From contig CAVPLM010000003.1 in the NCBI GenBank assembly GCA_963706025.1, forward strand, positions 544,001 through 608,000: DNA of 64,000 nt, read 5' to 3'. This document shows, piece by piece, positions 9,475 to 19,647 of the stretch; position 1 is the first letter of the stretch; every line of letters begins with the position of its first letter. The position numbers were made by a program, and so were the translations under genes. Under the pieces are notes generated by a model. That model was not told the DNA's origin. It saw nothing but the letters and a program-made list of their open reading frames with translations, and searched no databases. This stretch comes from an uncultured Actinomycetes bacterium (GTDB taxonomy: Bacteria; Actinomycetota; Thermoleophilia; RBG-16-64-13).

Positions 9475-10737
9475 CTACCGAAGTCGCCGGAGTGCATCGA
9501 GAAGCTGGGCGGCCTCCTCGGGTGGCATCCCGCCGGTTGACAACTCGATGTAGGCGTCCGGAAGGAAGACCGAGAAGCTGACGATGTTCTGCCCGTTCCC
9601 CGTTTGCCTCGTGTAGACGGTGGCTTCCTGCCCGGCCACCATACGAACCGTCTTTGTGAACTGGCCCGACTCCAGAAGGTATCCCTCGCACAACTCCCGC
9701 CCCGACTGCGCCGAAGGGCTGTCAGGGGCGAACACGTAGACCTGGATGTTCACGTTCGGCGAGTTGGTCGGCCGGTCGTAAATGAGATTGATGCTCTCTT
9801 GCTGGGGTTCATAAGAAGGATCCGGATGAAAGTCGGAGTGCTCGGCCAGGACCAGCGTGTGACCGAGGATCTCCGGACCGAGCCAGTATTGGCCCCAGTC
9901 CGCCTGAGGGCTCAGCGGATGGTCAAGGGCCAGATCAATGGTGGTTCCCGCAAGGATCGGGTCCTCAGGAGGGGCTATCGCCACGTCATCTGGGCTGAGC
10001 TCAGGCAGCGCCTGGAAGGCATAGCTGACCGTGCTCCTCACGCGTTCGGGGTTCGTCTCGCCCCCTGCATCGAGAGCTACGATGTCAGCCGCGAACCTCA
10101 CCGGAAGATAGTCTGCGGCAAGGACGAGGATCATCTCGGCGCTGGCTTCCTCCCCGCTCCTAGTCCAGCTGAGCCGCCACCCTCCGCCAGACTCGTTTTC
10201 GGCAACCAGATTCTCCGCACCCGTTAGCAGGTTTTCGTAGCGCTGGCCTCCCTCTCCTATCCACAGCGGTAGCGGCAGACCCTGCGGCGGATCTAGACTT
10301 ACGTGCTTTCCGTAGGAAACGGGATCGGACAAATAAGAGACTCGCTCCTTCCCGTTCACGCTCTCCTGTTCCACGGTTCCCTCGGCCCGGCGCACCGTCT
10401 GCAGGCCTAGACCGTTCTCCTGATCGAGGAGCTGGGTCACTTCGACCACGTTGGAAGGGGCGGATGAACCTCCGCCAACGTATTCGGTCTCCTGCTTGAT
10501 ACTGATCCGGACCGGGCCAAGTATCTCCACCGCGGCTACACTTGCGGCCCAGATGTCCTCGAAGGACTCGATCGACGCCGGAGGCGCGACTTCCGTGGAA
10601 GATGTGGCGAGGTCAGGGATGGTGACGGTCGAAGATGGCGTGCCACAGCCGGAGAGCAGGAACAAACCGAGGCCGAGTGCGACAGCGCACAAACCGGTCT
10701 TCAGCCACGAACGCTTCCCCACAATCATGTCCTTCAT
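9475..10737 (-). CDS. Hypothetical lipoprotein
   Basis: 420-aa ORF with signal peptide, lipobox LSGC and a Ser/Thr-rich linker; no family recognised. Confidence 0.7.
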   Translation of the reverse strand: MKDMIVGKRSWLKTGLCAVALGLGLFLLSGCGTPSSTVTIPDLATSSTEVAPPASIESFEDIWAASVAAVEILGPVRISIKQETEYVGGGSSAPSNVVEVTQLLDQENGLGLQTVRRAEGTVEQESVNGKERVSYLSDPVSYGKHVSLDPPQGLPLPLWIGEGGQRYENLLTGAENLVAENESGGGWRLSWTRSGEEASAEMILVLAADYLPVRFAADIVALDAGGETNPERVRSTVSYAFQALPELSPDDVAIAPPEDPILAGTTIDLALDHPLSPQADWGQYWLGPEILGHTLVLAEHSDFHPDPSYEPQQESINLIYDRPTNSPNVNIQVYVFAPDSPSAQSGRELCEGYLLESGQFTKTVRMVAGQEATVYTRQTGNGQNIVSFSVFLPDAYIELSTGGMPPEEAAQLLDALRRLR

Positions 10738-10974
10738 CCTACGCCCTCAGTTCATTATATGTCCGCCAGGGGCGAGAGTGTGCCTCGTGAGTTGCTCCGC
10801 GACGCAACCAGGACCGGTTTCACGACGTCGTAGCAGCACCCCGCCAGCGCCCGTCGGGGCTCCGGTAGTCGTCCGTTCGGGAATCAGGCATAATCTGACG
10901 GGCAATCTGCGGCATTCGACGTTGACCGGTGCGTGGGGCTGACGACCAGCTGCAGCCAGGGTTAGGAGACTACA

Positions 10975-11640
10975 TTGATGCTCGATCGAAAACGGGTCAA
11001 GAAGTGGACCAAGTGGATCGCTCTCTTCGTGGCCCTATCCTTTGGGGCGGGTTTCCTGTTCCTGGGCGTCGGCTATGGGGGGGCTGGTTTCAACCTGTCC
11101 GATCTGTTCACCGGTGGGGACGAGCCCACGAACACGACCCTCTCTCCCGACGAGAAGATCGCCGCCTTCCAGCAGAGGGTGCAGCAGAATCCCAAGGACG
11201 TCGAGGCTCTTCTCGGGCTGGCCACCATCTATCAGGAAAACGGCCAGCTTACGCTGGCGATCCCCTACTTGGAGCAGGTCATCGTCGTCGATCCGGCCCA
11301 GAAAGATGTCTACATGCGGTTGGCCAACCTTTACATGAACAACGACGTTCTGGACTACCAGGGCGCGACGACGGTGCTCATCAAGCTCACCTCGGTGGAT
11401 CCTGAGAACCCGGATGTGTATCTCAAGCTGGGCATAGCTCAGAGGGAGCTCGGCCAGACCGAGGCGGCCATCCTGGCATGGCAGAAGTACCTGCAACTGG
11501 CGCCCAATGGGGACATGGCCGACGTGGTCAGGGAGCAGATCGCGACCCTCAGCAAGAAGCCCACTACTACCACCACCGCCGGGGCCGGCGCCACTACCAC
11601 CACCGCGACCTCCGCGCCCACTACTTCCACGACCCGGTAG
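10975..11640 (+). CDS. Membrane-anchored tetratricopeptide-repeat protein with Thr-rich tail
   Basis: N-terminal TM helix; TPR-like repeats (NPKDVEALLGLA, DPENPDVYLKLG); RBS AGGAG upstream. Confidence 0.85.
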   Translation: MMLDRKRVKKWTKWIALFVALSFGAGFLFLGVGYGGAGFNLSDLFTGGDEPTNTTLSPDEKIAAFQQRVQQNPKDVEALLGLATIYQENGQLTLAIPYLEQVIVVDPAQKDVYMRLANLYMNNDVLDYQGATTVLIKLTSVDPENPDVYLKLGIAQRELGQTEAAILAWQKYLQLAPNGDMADVVREQIATLSKKPTTTTTAGAGATTTTATSAPTTSTTR

Positions 11641-11757
11641 CCCCGCGCGGTAGACGACTTCCTTATCGGCTCGCCCGTAGGCGTATATACTGGAAGAGTA
11701 GCGCCCCGTCATCTGCAGGGGTTCTTCGAGCCCCATCCGGGAGTCTGAGAGAAGAGC

Positions 11758-12093
11758 GTGAATCTGTCCATAAGCACCGAGACCGATGAGAAGACGGTGG
11801 TCGTCCACGTGGGCGGCGATCTGGATGTGTATACGGCTCCTCGGCTCAGGGAGACCCTTGCGAAAGCCCTGGTCGATGGCAGGCGATTGGTCCTCGACCT
11901 CTCCGAGGTGCACTTCATAGATTCTACGGCTCTGGGAGTGCTCGTCTCCGCCCTCGAGCAGAGCCAAGCCGCCGCCGGAGACCTACGGTTGGTCCTGGAC
12001 GATCCCTATCTGCTCAAGATCTTCCACATAACCGGGTTCGACGGCATGTTCTCGATCTATCCCGAAATCGCGGACGCCGTCTCCGGCGACTGA
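11758..12093 (+). CDS. Anti-sigma-factor antagonist (STAS; BldG/RsbV-like)
   Basis: GDLDVYTAPRLRE and DLSEVHFIDSTALGVL with the phosphoacceptor Ser. Confidence 0.92.
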   Translation: MNLSISTETDEKTVVVHVGGDLDVYTAPRLRETLAKALVDGRRLVLDLSEVHFIDSTALGVLVSALEQSQAAAGDLRLVLDDPYLLKIFHITGFDGMFSIYPEIADAVSGD

Positions 12094-12195
12094 CGCCGAG
12101 GCGCCGAGCCCCACACCGCCTCTATCAGCACCCGGCCCTGCCGTGGGCGTGCTATCTTTCGCCTCTGACACGCCAGCCGACGAGGAGCCTGGGTT

Positions 12196-14478
12196 TTGCG
12201 ACTCATAATCACAGAGAAGAACGACGCCGCGAGTAAGATCGCCGGGATCCTGGCTCACAACGGGGTAGAGCAGGAATCCTACCTGCGGGTCCCCTACTAT
12301 CTGTTCACCGACGCAGAGGGGCAGCAGGCCGCCGCCGTAGGACTCAAGGGCCACGTGCTCCAGGTGGACTTCCCTCCGGAGTTCTCGGAATGGCGCAAGG
12401 TGGAGCCGAAGGCGCTCATCGATGCTCCGCTCATCAAGACCGAGACCGCCAAGTCGGTGGTCCGGACGGTGAAGAAGCTGGCCGCCGACGCCACCACCCT
12501 CATCATCGCCACCGACTTCGACCGCGAGGGGGAGTTGATCGGGCTCGAGGCCCTCAATCTGGCCCTGGAAGAGAACGCGAAGCTCGTGCGCACGGTGCGA
12601 CGGGCGCGCTTCTCGGCCCTCACCCCTGGAGAGATCACCCGCGCCTTCACGCATCTCGACCACCTGTCGGAACCGTTGGCCTGGGCCGGCGAAGCGCGGC
12701 AGGACATAGACCTCATCTGGGGGGCGACGCTCACCCGGTTCGTCTCCCTGGCCACCTCACGTCTGGGGAGCCAATTCTTGAGCGTGGGGCGGGTCCAGAC
12801 TCCGACCCTCGTGCTTGTGGTGGAGCGGGAGAAGGAGCGGCGGGCCTTCGTGCCCGAGCCGTTCTGGGTCGTGAAGGTGGAGTTGGACGCCGAGGGGCAG
12901 CGCTTCAGCGCCGTCCACAAGGAGGAACGCTTCAAGGACGAAGCCCGGGCGACCGCGGTCTTCGAGAAGCTGTCCGGTCCCGGCCAGGTCACGGCCGTCA
13001 AGCAGACCAGCCGCAAGGTCCCGCGGCCGGCTCCTTTCAACACCACCAGTTTCACCAGTGCCGCCACCTCCCTTGGCTACAGCGCATCGGCGGTGATGCG
13101 CGTCGCCGAGGATCTCTACATGTCGGGTCACATCAGCTACCCGCGCACCGACAACACCGTCTATCCGTCTTCGCTCGATCTGCGTGAAGCCCTGAATACC
13201 CTGGCCCAAGGCGAGTTCCGTCTGGAGGCCGGGAAGCTACTTGCCCGGTCCACCTTGCATCCCAGCCGGGGCGACAAGCGCACCACCGACCACCCGCCCA
13301 TCTACCCCACCGGAGCGCCCCACCGCAGAGAGTTGGGCGAGCGGGAATGGCGGATCTACGAGTTGGTGTCCAGGCGCTTCATGGCCACGCTGGCCGACGA
13401 GGCGGTGATGGAGTCCAACCGCGTCGACCTCGATCTGAACGGGGAGCCGTTCTTCGCCCGGGGAAACCGGGTGGTGACGGCCGGATGGCTGGAGTACTAC
13501 CCCTACAGTCGTCAGAAGGACTCGGAACTACCGCTGCTGCAGAAGGGCGACCAGGTAAGGCTTGTGAACAAGGAGTTCGAAGCCAAGGAGACCCAACCTC
13601 CGTCGCGATTCGGGCAAGGACCGCTCATCGAGCTGATGGAGAAGCACAACCTGGGCACCAAGGCCACCCGGCACTCCATCATCCAGAACCTCTACGATCG
13701 CGGCTACGTGCACGGCAATCCGGTGGAGCCCACCGAGATGGGAATCAAAATGGCCGAGGCCTTGCAGGAGTTCGCTCCCCGCATCGCCTCCCCGGAGATG
13801 ACCGCCGAGTTGGAGAAGGACATGGACCTGATCTCGGTGAGGGACCTCACCAAGGAACAGGTGGTCACCATCTCCCGGGACCTGTTGCGCCAGGCCTACG
13901 GCTCCCTGGAGCAGAACAAGGAGCAGATGGCCGCCAAGATCTACGAAGGGATAACCGACGACCGCATCCTGGGCGAGTGTCCCAAATGCGGGAAGAACAG
14001 GATCCGGATCATACGCTCCAAAGCCACTAAGAAGCGCTTCGTGGGTTGCGAAGGCTACCCCGACTGCGATCAGACCTATCCCCTGCCCCAGCGGGGCGAC
14101 GTCCTCGGCACCGGGGAGATCTGTCCCCAGTGCGGCACTCCCAAGGTGAAGGTCTTGGGGGGCCGGCGCCCGTGGGTCCTGTGTCTCGACCCCAATTGTC
14201 CCACCAAGGCCGAGTACCGGGAGAAGCGGGCAGCGCGGGCAGAGCGGGCGGCCGGCGCCGGCGCGGCCGGCGCGGCCCGCACGAAGACCGGCGCGGCCGG
14301 CGGCCGCGAAGAGCGGCGCGGCCCGCACGAAGACCGGGGCGGCCGGCGCCAAGAGCGGCGCCCGCAAGACCGCTACCAAAACCCCCAGCACGCGCGGGCG
14401 GACGAAGGGCGAAGCTGCGGCCGCAACCGAGACTGTCGCGACACCATCCGTCCCGGGTACGTCCGAGGGTGAGGCTTA
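12196..14478 (+). CDS. topA: DNA topoisomerase IA with Zn ribbons and a basic Ala/Lys/Thr-rich tail (probable frameshift near 14300)
   Basis: TOPRIM IITEK and ATDFDREGE, SVGRVQTPTL, catalytic ISYPRTD, LGTKATR, C4 Zn ribbons. An alternative frame gives the tail AAKSGAARTKTG...GEA ending at 14478. Confidence 0.93.
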
Positions 14479-14482
14479 GACC

Positions 14483-15166
14483 TTGCTGCCGGAAGATGCC
14501 GATCTGGACGACGCGACCCTTGCAGCTATGGGAAGCGACCTGCACGGTCTCTTCATCACTTTTGAAGGGCTGGATGGGTGCGGCAAATCCACCCAGATGG
14601 AACTGCTGGCCGAGGGACTGCGGGAGCGGGGATATGTGGTGCTGCTCACGCGGGAGCCGGGCGGGACGCCCCTGGGCGAGGCGATCCGCGACCTTCTGCT
14701 CGACCCCAGGCATCACGGGATGTCGGCGCGGGCCGAGGCCCTGCTGTACGCCGCGGCCCGCGCCCATCTGGTGGAGCAGGTGATCCGGCCGGCTCTGGAG
14801 GACGGCCAGGTGGTGCTGTGCGACCGCTACCTCGATTCATCTCTCGCCTATCAGGGCTACGGCCGAGGTCTGGGTACCGATGACATCGTCACGTTGAATG
14901 TTTGGGCAACCGAATGCCTCTTTCCCGATCTGACGCTGCTGCTGGACCTCGACGATTCCCTCCGGCCGGCCCGCCTGGCGGCGGTGCCCGATCGGCTGGA
15001 GGCTGAGGATGACGAGTTCCACCGGCGCGTGGCCGAAGGGTATCGGTCTCTGTCGCATTCGCACTCCCATCGCATCCGAAGAATAGATGCCAACGGCACC
15101 GAGTCCGCGGTACAGGCCCGGGTGCGGGCCGTGGTCGAAGAGGAGTTGAGGCTCTTCAGTCACTAG
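14483..15166 (+). CDS. tmk: Thymidylate kinase
   Basis: FITFEGLDGCGKSTQ P-loop, TREPGG and CDRYLDSSLAYQG. Confidence 0.96.
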   Translation: MLPEDADLDDATLAAMGSDLHGLFITFEGLDGCGKSTQMELLAEGLRERGYVVLLTREPGGTPLGEAIRDLLLDPRHHGMSARAEALLYAAARAHLVEQVIRPALEDGQVVLCDRYLDSSLAYQGYGRGLGTDDIVTLNVWATECLFPDLTLLLDLDDSLRPARLAAVPDRLEAEDDEFHRRVAEGYRSLSHSHSHRIRRIDANGTESAVQARVRAVVEEELRLFSH

Positions 15167-15280
15167 AGCTCGTTTCAGAATGACGCTTTGCCGACAGGGT
15201 GCGATCGGCGCGACTGAAGGACGATGGATCGCTCCGCCGGAGCGCGGCCGGAGTCGATGCGCCACCATGTGGGAGGTGCG

Positions 15281-16432
15281 GTGAGAAGTCTGTTCGCGGA
15301 TATCGTTGGACAGGAAATGGCGATCGCCATCCTCACCCGCGCGCTCGAGCAGGGGGCATCGCATGCCTATCTGTTCGCGGGCCCACCGGGAGTGGGCAAG
15401 AGCGAGGCCGCCCTGGCTTTCGCGGCGGGACTGGCCTGCGCCGAGGGTGGCTGTGGAGCCTGCAACACCTGCCGCCGGGTGCAGAAAGGGTTGCATCCCG
15501 ACGTGGAGATCGTGGCCGCCGAGGGCAACCAGTTCCTCATCGAACAGATTCGAGAGGTTGTCTACCATTCCGCCTACCGCCCATATGAAGTCGACACCCG
15601 GGCCAAGGTCTATATCTTCATAGAAGCCGACAAGTTCAACGCCGAGCATCCCCCTCCGGCGAATGCCTTCCTCAAGACCCTGGAAGAACCACCAGCCCAC
15701 GTCCATTTCATCTTGGTTACCGATCACCCCGAGAGACTGCTTCCCACGATCGCGTCGCGTTGTCAACTGGTGACCTTCTCGCCCGTGCCTGTTCCGGCCC
15801 TCGCCGCCGATCTGGTGGGCAGGTTCGGATTGTCGAGGAGGGAAGCCGACCTGATCGCCCGGGTGGCCGGCGGTAATCTCAGCCAGGCCAGGGAGTTGGC
15901 CACGTCGGAGAGCGCGCGCAGGCAACGGGATCAGTTGCTCGATCTGGCTCGGGATCTCCCCACGGCCGGTCTCATGGACACCCAAGTCGCCCTCGATGAG
16001 GTGATGAACACGATCGAGAGGCGCGCTCAGGAGAGGGTGGCGGAGTCGGCCGGAGAGCTGCAGCAGGCGCTGGAATGGGCAGGCGATGCCCGCACACGTA
16101 AGTGGCTCGAGAAACGTCACGAAGAGAAGCTCAAGCGGCAACAGCGCCGGCTCAACACCCTGGGACTCCAGACCGTCACTCGCGTCTTCTCCGGCTGGTA
16201 CCGCGACCTGGCTCTCGTCTCGGCCGGCGCCGAAGAAGCCGCCCTGAACCAAGACCGCCTCGACGAACTACGGGCCGCCGCTCTGCCCGGGGGCCTTCTT
16301 TCCTATATGAAGGCCGTGATGGCGGTCCGTCAGACGCAAGAGCGGCTCCGGTATAATGTCGATGCCCGATGCGCCATCGGAGATATGTTCTATTCAATCA
16401 AGGAGGCCCTGGCTCAGTGGCCGATATTGTAG
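15281..16432 (+). CDS. holB: DNA polymerase III delta' subunit
   Basis: HAYLFAGPPGVGK, CGACNTC, HPDV, ANAFLKTLEEPP and LLPTIASRC; follows tmk; GTG start with GGAGG RBS. Confidence 0.92.
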   Translation: MRSLFADIVGQEMAIAILTRALEQGASHAYLFAGPPGVGKSEAALAFAAGLACAEGGCGACNTCRRVQKGLHPDVEIVAAEGNQFLIEQIREVVYHSAYRPYEVDTRAKVYIFIEADKFNAEHPPPANAFLKTLEEPPAHVHFILVTDHPERLLPTIASRCQLVTFSPVPVPALAADLVGRFGLSRREADLIARVAGGNLSQARELATSESARRQRDQLLDLARDLPTAGLMDTQVALDEVMNTIERRAQERVAESAGELQQALEWAGDARTRKWLEKRHEEKLKRQQRRLNTLGLQTVTRVFSGWYRDLALVSAGAEEAALNQDRLDELRAAALPGGLLSYMKAVMAVRQTQERLRYNVDARCAIGDMFYSIKEALAQWPIL

Positions 16433-17872
16433 GGGTCGTTTTCCACAGCGGGGCCAAGGTCTACTACTTCGATCCCGCAGGACTCGAGCTTTCCCGGGGA
16501 GATCGCGTAGTCGTCCAGACGTCGAAGGGCACCGAGATCGGCCAGGTGGTCGATCCGCCCCATGTCGTGGACGATTCGGAGATCCGGGCTCAGCTCAAGA
16601 GGGTCACTCGCGTGGCCACCGGCAAGGATCTGGAGGCGCAGGTCGCCGACGAGAACATGCGCAAGGAGGCCATGGCTACCTGCCGGGAGTTGATCGCCGG
16701 CCACGGTTTGGACATGAAACTGGTGGGTGCCGACATCGGGTTCGGCGGCGAGAAGATCACCATCAGTTTCTACTCCGACGAGCGGGTCGATTTCCGCGCC
16801 CTGGTGGCCGACTTGGCCAAGGTGCTCAAGATGCGCGTCGAGCTACGCCAGGTCGGAGCGCGCGAAGAAGCGCGTATGGTGGGGGGCTTGGGTCCGTGCG
16901 GTCGCAATCTGTGCTGCACGTTGTTCCCGGGCGACGACGAGCCGGTATCGATCCGCATGGCCAAGGAGCAGAACCTGCCCCTGAATCCCATGAAGATCTC
17001 CGGCTTGTGCGGCCGGCTCATGTGCTGTCTCAAGTACGAGCAGGAGCAATACGTGCGCTTCCGGAAAGAGGCGCCTCCCAAGGGGACCTCGGTGTCCACG
17101 CCGGCGGGGGAGGGGGTCATCGTCGGATACAACGTTCCCAAAGATGCCATCACCGTGAGGTACGAGGACGGCTCGTACACCGACATCCGTCTCAGCGGCT
17201 GTCAATGCCAGGAGGGCGGAGGCTTGATGGTGATCCCCGAGATGGAAGAGCCCCCGTTCGTGCCCATCGTCGAGGATCTCCACGGACTGGAAGCGCTGGC
17301 AGTGGCCGAATGCACCCCCGACGCCCTGGCGGTGGTGGAGGCAGAGGTCATCAGCGGGCGAGGACGGTGAGCCGGTGCAGGTCATTGTGGCGGAGAGCTC
17401 CCGACGGGGACGGGGCCGACGGGGACGGGGTCGGCGGGGGGGCAGGCGCCGGACACAGCCCCAGGCTGTTGGCGAACCCGTCGATCTGGCTTCCGGTGAG
17501 GCCGAGGGCACCGCTTCCGGCGAAGAACGAAGCAGTGCCCACCGTCGTGGTCACAAGCCGAGCAGGCACGCGCATCATCAGGGTGATCAAGGGGCCGACA
17601 AGCACCAGGAGGCAGCGCGCGACTCCCCGGTTGAGGGGAGCGGCACCGAGGAACCCGGCGCGCGGCGGCGGTGGAAGCGGCCGGCCGCGGCGCCGGCGGA
17701 GGCGCCGCCCGGCCGGTGGCGGCAACGGCACGGCGGCGGCAGCGGCGGGGGCGGCGGCGGGGGCGGCGGGGGCGGCGGAGCCATCGACGGAGGCACCGGG
17801 GCGACCGGGGGCGGCAGTGGAGCGACCGCTGGCGGCGAGCACCGGAGCGCCGGCCCCGGAAACGAGGCCTGA
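16417..17872 (+). CDS. ricT: PSP1/RicT (YaaT) family protein with a long low-complexity C-terminal extension (frameshift near 17357; end uncertain)
   Basis: RVDFRALV, ELRQVGAREEA, GPCGRNLCC and KISGLCGRLMCCLKYE; reading continues into the Arg/Gly-rich ORF 17375-17872. Confidence 0.82.
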
Positions 17873-17966
17873 GACCGAGGGGCAGACGCGTCTGGAGGGC
17901 GGGGCGGCCGGGTGCAGGTCAGTAGGGCGCGGCTTTGCCGGCCGCGGTTTGGCGGAGGCCCGGAGC

Positions 17967-17995
17967 TTGTCAGCTTCCTCGCGAGCTTCTAAACT
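17967..17995 (+). promoter_or_regulatory. Sigma70-type promoter for tRNA-Thr
   Basis: TTGTCA-17 nt-TAAACT followed by a GC-rich segment, about 40 nt upstream of the tRNA. Confidence 0.6.
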
Positions 17996-18036
17996 AAGGC
18001 GCCCGCGGCGCCATATTGGGGCGCCCGAGGTTTCAT

Positions 18037-18109
18037 GCCGACGTAGCTCAGATGGCAGAGCGGCTCACTCGTAATGAGCAGGTCCGGGGTTCGATTCCCC
18101 GCGTCGGCT
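18037..18109 (+). tRNA. tRNA-Thr (CGT); CCA not encoded
   Basis: Acceptor GCCGACG/CGTCGGC, D arm GCTC/GAGC, anticodon arm GCTCA-CTCGTAA-TGAGC, T arm CGGGG-TTCGATT-CCCCG. Confidence 0.97.
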
Positions 18110-18300
18110 TGCCTTATTGCCACGTTGCGGAGAAGCTTCATATCGTTTTCCAGGAACTCGCCGGCTCGCAACCTCTTGCCGAGCGGGTTGATCCGCTCGC
18201 CGATAGTCACGGTGGGAAGATGGTATTCGATCGTAGCGGTCTTGGAGCCGTTGCTGACTTGGGTTATCAGTCTCTCGACACTCGCATTCGTACTCGGTCT
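18110..18300 (-). pseudogene. Possible C-terminal remnant of a large serine recombinase abutting the tRNA
   Basis: Minus frame SVERLITQVSNGSKTATIEYHLP...LLRNVAIRQADAGNRTPDL runs into the tRNA 3' end and resembles large-serine-recombinase tails; no catalytic domain is present. Confidence 0.35.
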
Positions 18301-18358
18301 TCTCGGGTGCTGCCGATGCTCTAACTGGACGCCGTTCGTGCTCTTGCCCGACCGAACG

Positions 18359-19622
18359 TCAATGCGCACGATCCGCCTCTTGCCGGTCGGCGGCCCGCCG
18401 CAGGGCGGAGACCACCGGCAGTTCCTGCCCGGAAAGAAAGCGGACCATGCCCCCACCCGAGGTACAAACGTAGCCCATCCGCTCGAGGACTCCGAACTTG
18501 GCACCGGCCGCGACACTGTCGCCGCCGCCGATTACCGAGTAGCCTGGAGAGCTGGCGATGGCCGTCCACAGCCGGCGGGTGCCTTCTGCGCTCTCCACCT
18601 CTTCATATATCCCGGCGGGCCCATTCACGAAGATGGTCGCCGCCTGGCCGATCACCAATTCGTACGCCTCGATGGTCTTGCGACCGATGTCGATCAGTAG
18701 GTGGTCGCTGGGCAGCTCGTCCAGGCCGATCTCCTTGCGACCGCCGTGGTCGATGGCGAAGTCGACCGGACTCAAGATCTTCTCCCCGTATCTGGCGTCG
18801 AGTTCCCTGGCCTTCTCGATGAAAGGTGTGAGACCCTTCTCCTCTATGAGGCGTTCGCTAGGCAGACCCAAGGACGTACCCCGGGCCAGGACCATCACTT
18901 CCCCGTTGAGTCCGCAGCTAAGACACCGATCGGCAGCTCCCGTGCTCAGCACAGCCTCCATCATGCTGAAGGCATCGGCGATACGCGCTCCTCCCAGCAC
19001 ATACACGCACGGGTGACTGGGAGTCTCCTTTGACCCGAGCCAGGGCACCGAACTCCTCGATGAAAAGCCGCCCGGCGGCGGTGGGTAGCACCTCCGCAAA
19101 TCCCACCAGAGAGGGCGAGTAGCGATGCGCAGCCGCAAAGGCCTCGTTTACGAACAGGTCTGCCAATGGAGCCAGATTCCGCACCAGTCTGGTCGCGGCC
19201 AGTTCGGCTGGGGTCAGCTTGACAAAGTTCACGAAGGTGGACACTTCTTCTGAGTAGTAGCGCACATTGTTCAGAAGGAGGAGTTCCCCGGGTTTGAGCG
19301 ACTTGATCGCCTCGACCGCGGCCGGCCCGGCTATGTCGTCGATGAAGTCGACCGGACGTTTGAGCAATTCGGCCAACCGCTTCGCGTGCGGCTCCAAGGA
19401 AACAAGATTGTGATAGTCCTCAGTGTCACCCTGGTGGGCCAGAATAACCACCCTGGCACCGGCATCCGCGAGCTCCCTGATGGTGGGCAGGCTCTTCTGG
19501 ATACGGTTGTCGTTCACCAGTTGCCTGGTCTCGCGGTCGATGGGCGAGTTGATATCGACCCTCAGGAGGACGGTCTTGCCCTCAAGAGCAAAGTCGTCGA
19601 GCGTGTGTATGCCTGCTTCCAT
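18359..19622 (-). CDS. pgk: Phosphoglycerate kinase, archaeal-like (frameshift near 19030)
   Basis: LLRVDINSP, ILAHQG, LLNNVRY, NEAFAAAHR, LGGARIAD, NGPAG and GGGDS; split over two ORFs by one extra A in AAAGGAG. Confidence 0.9.
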
Positions 19623-19647
19623 GACGTCCGGTCTCCACCCGTGAAGG

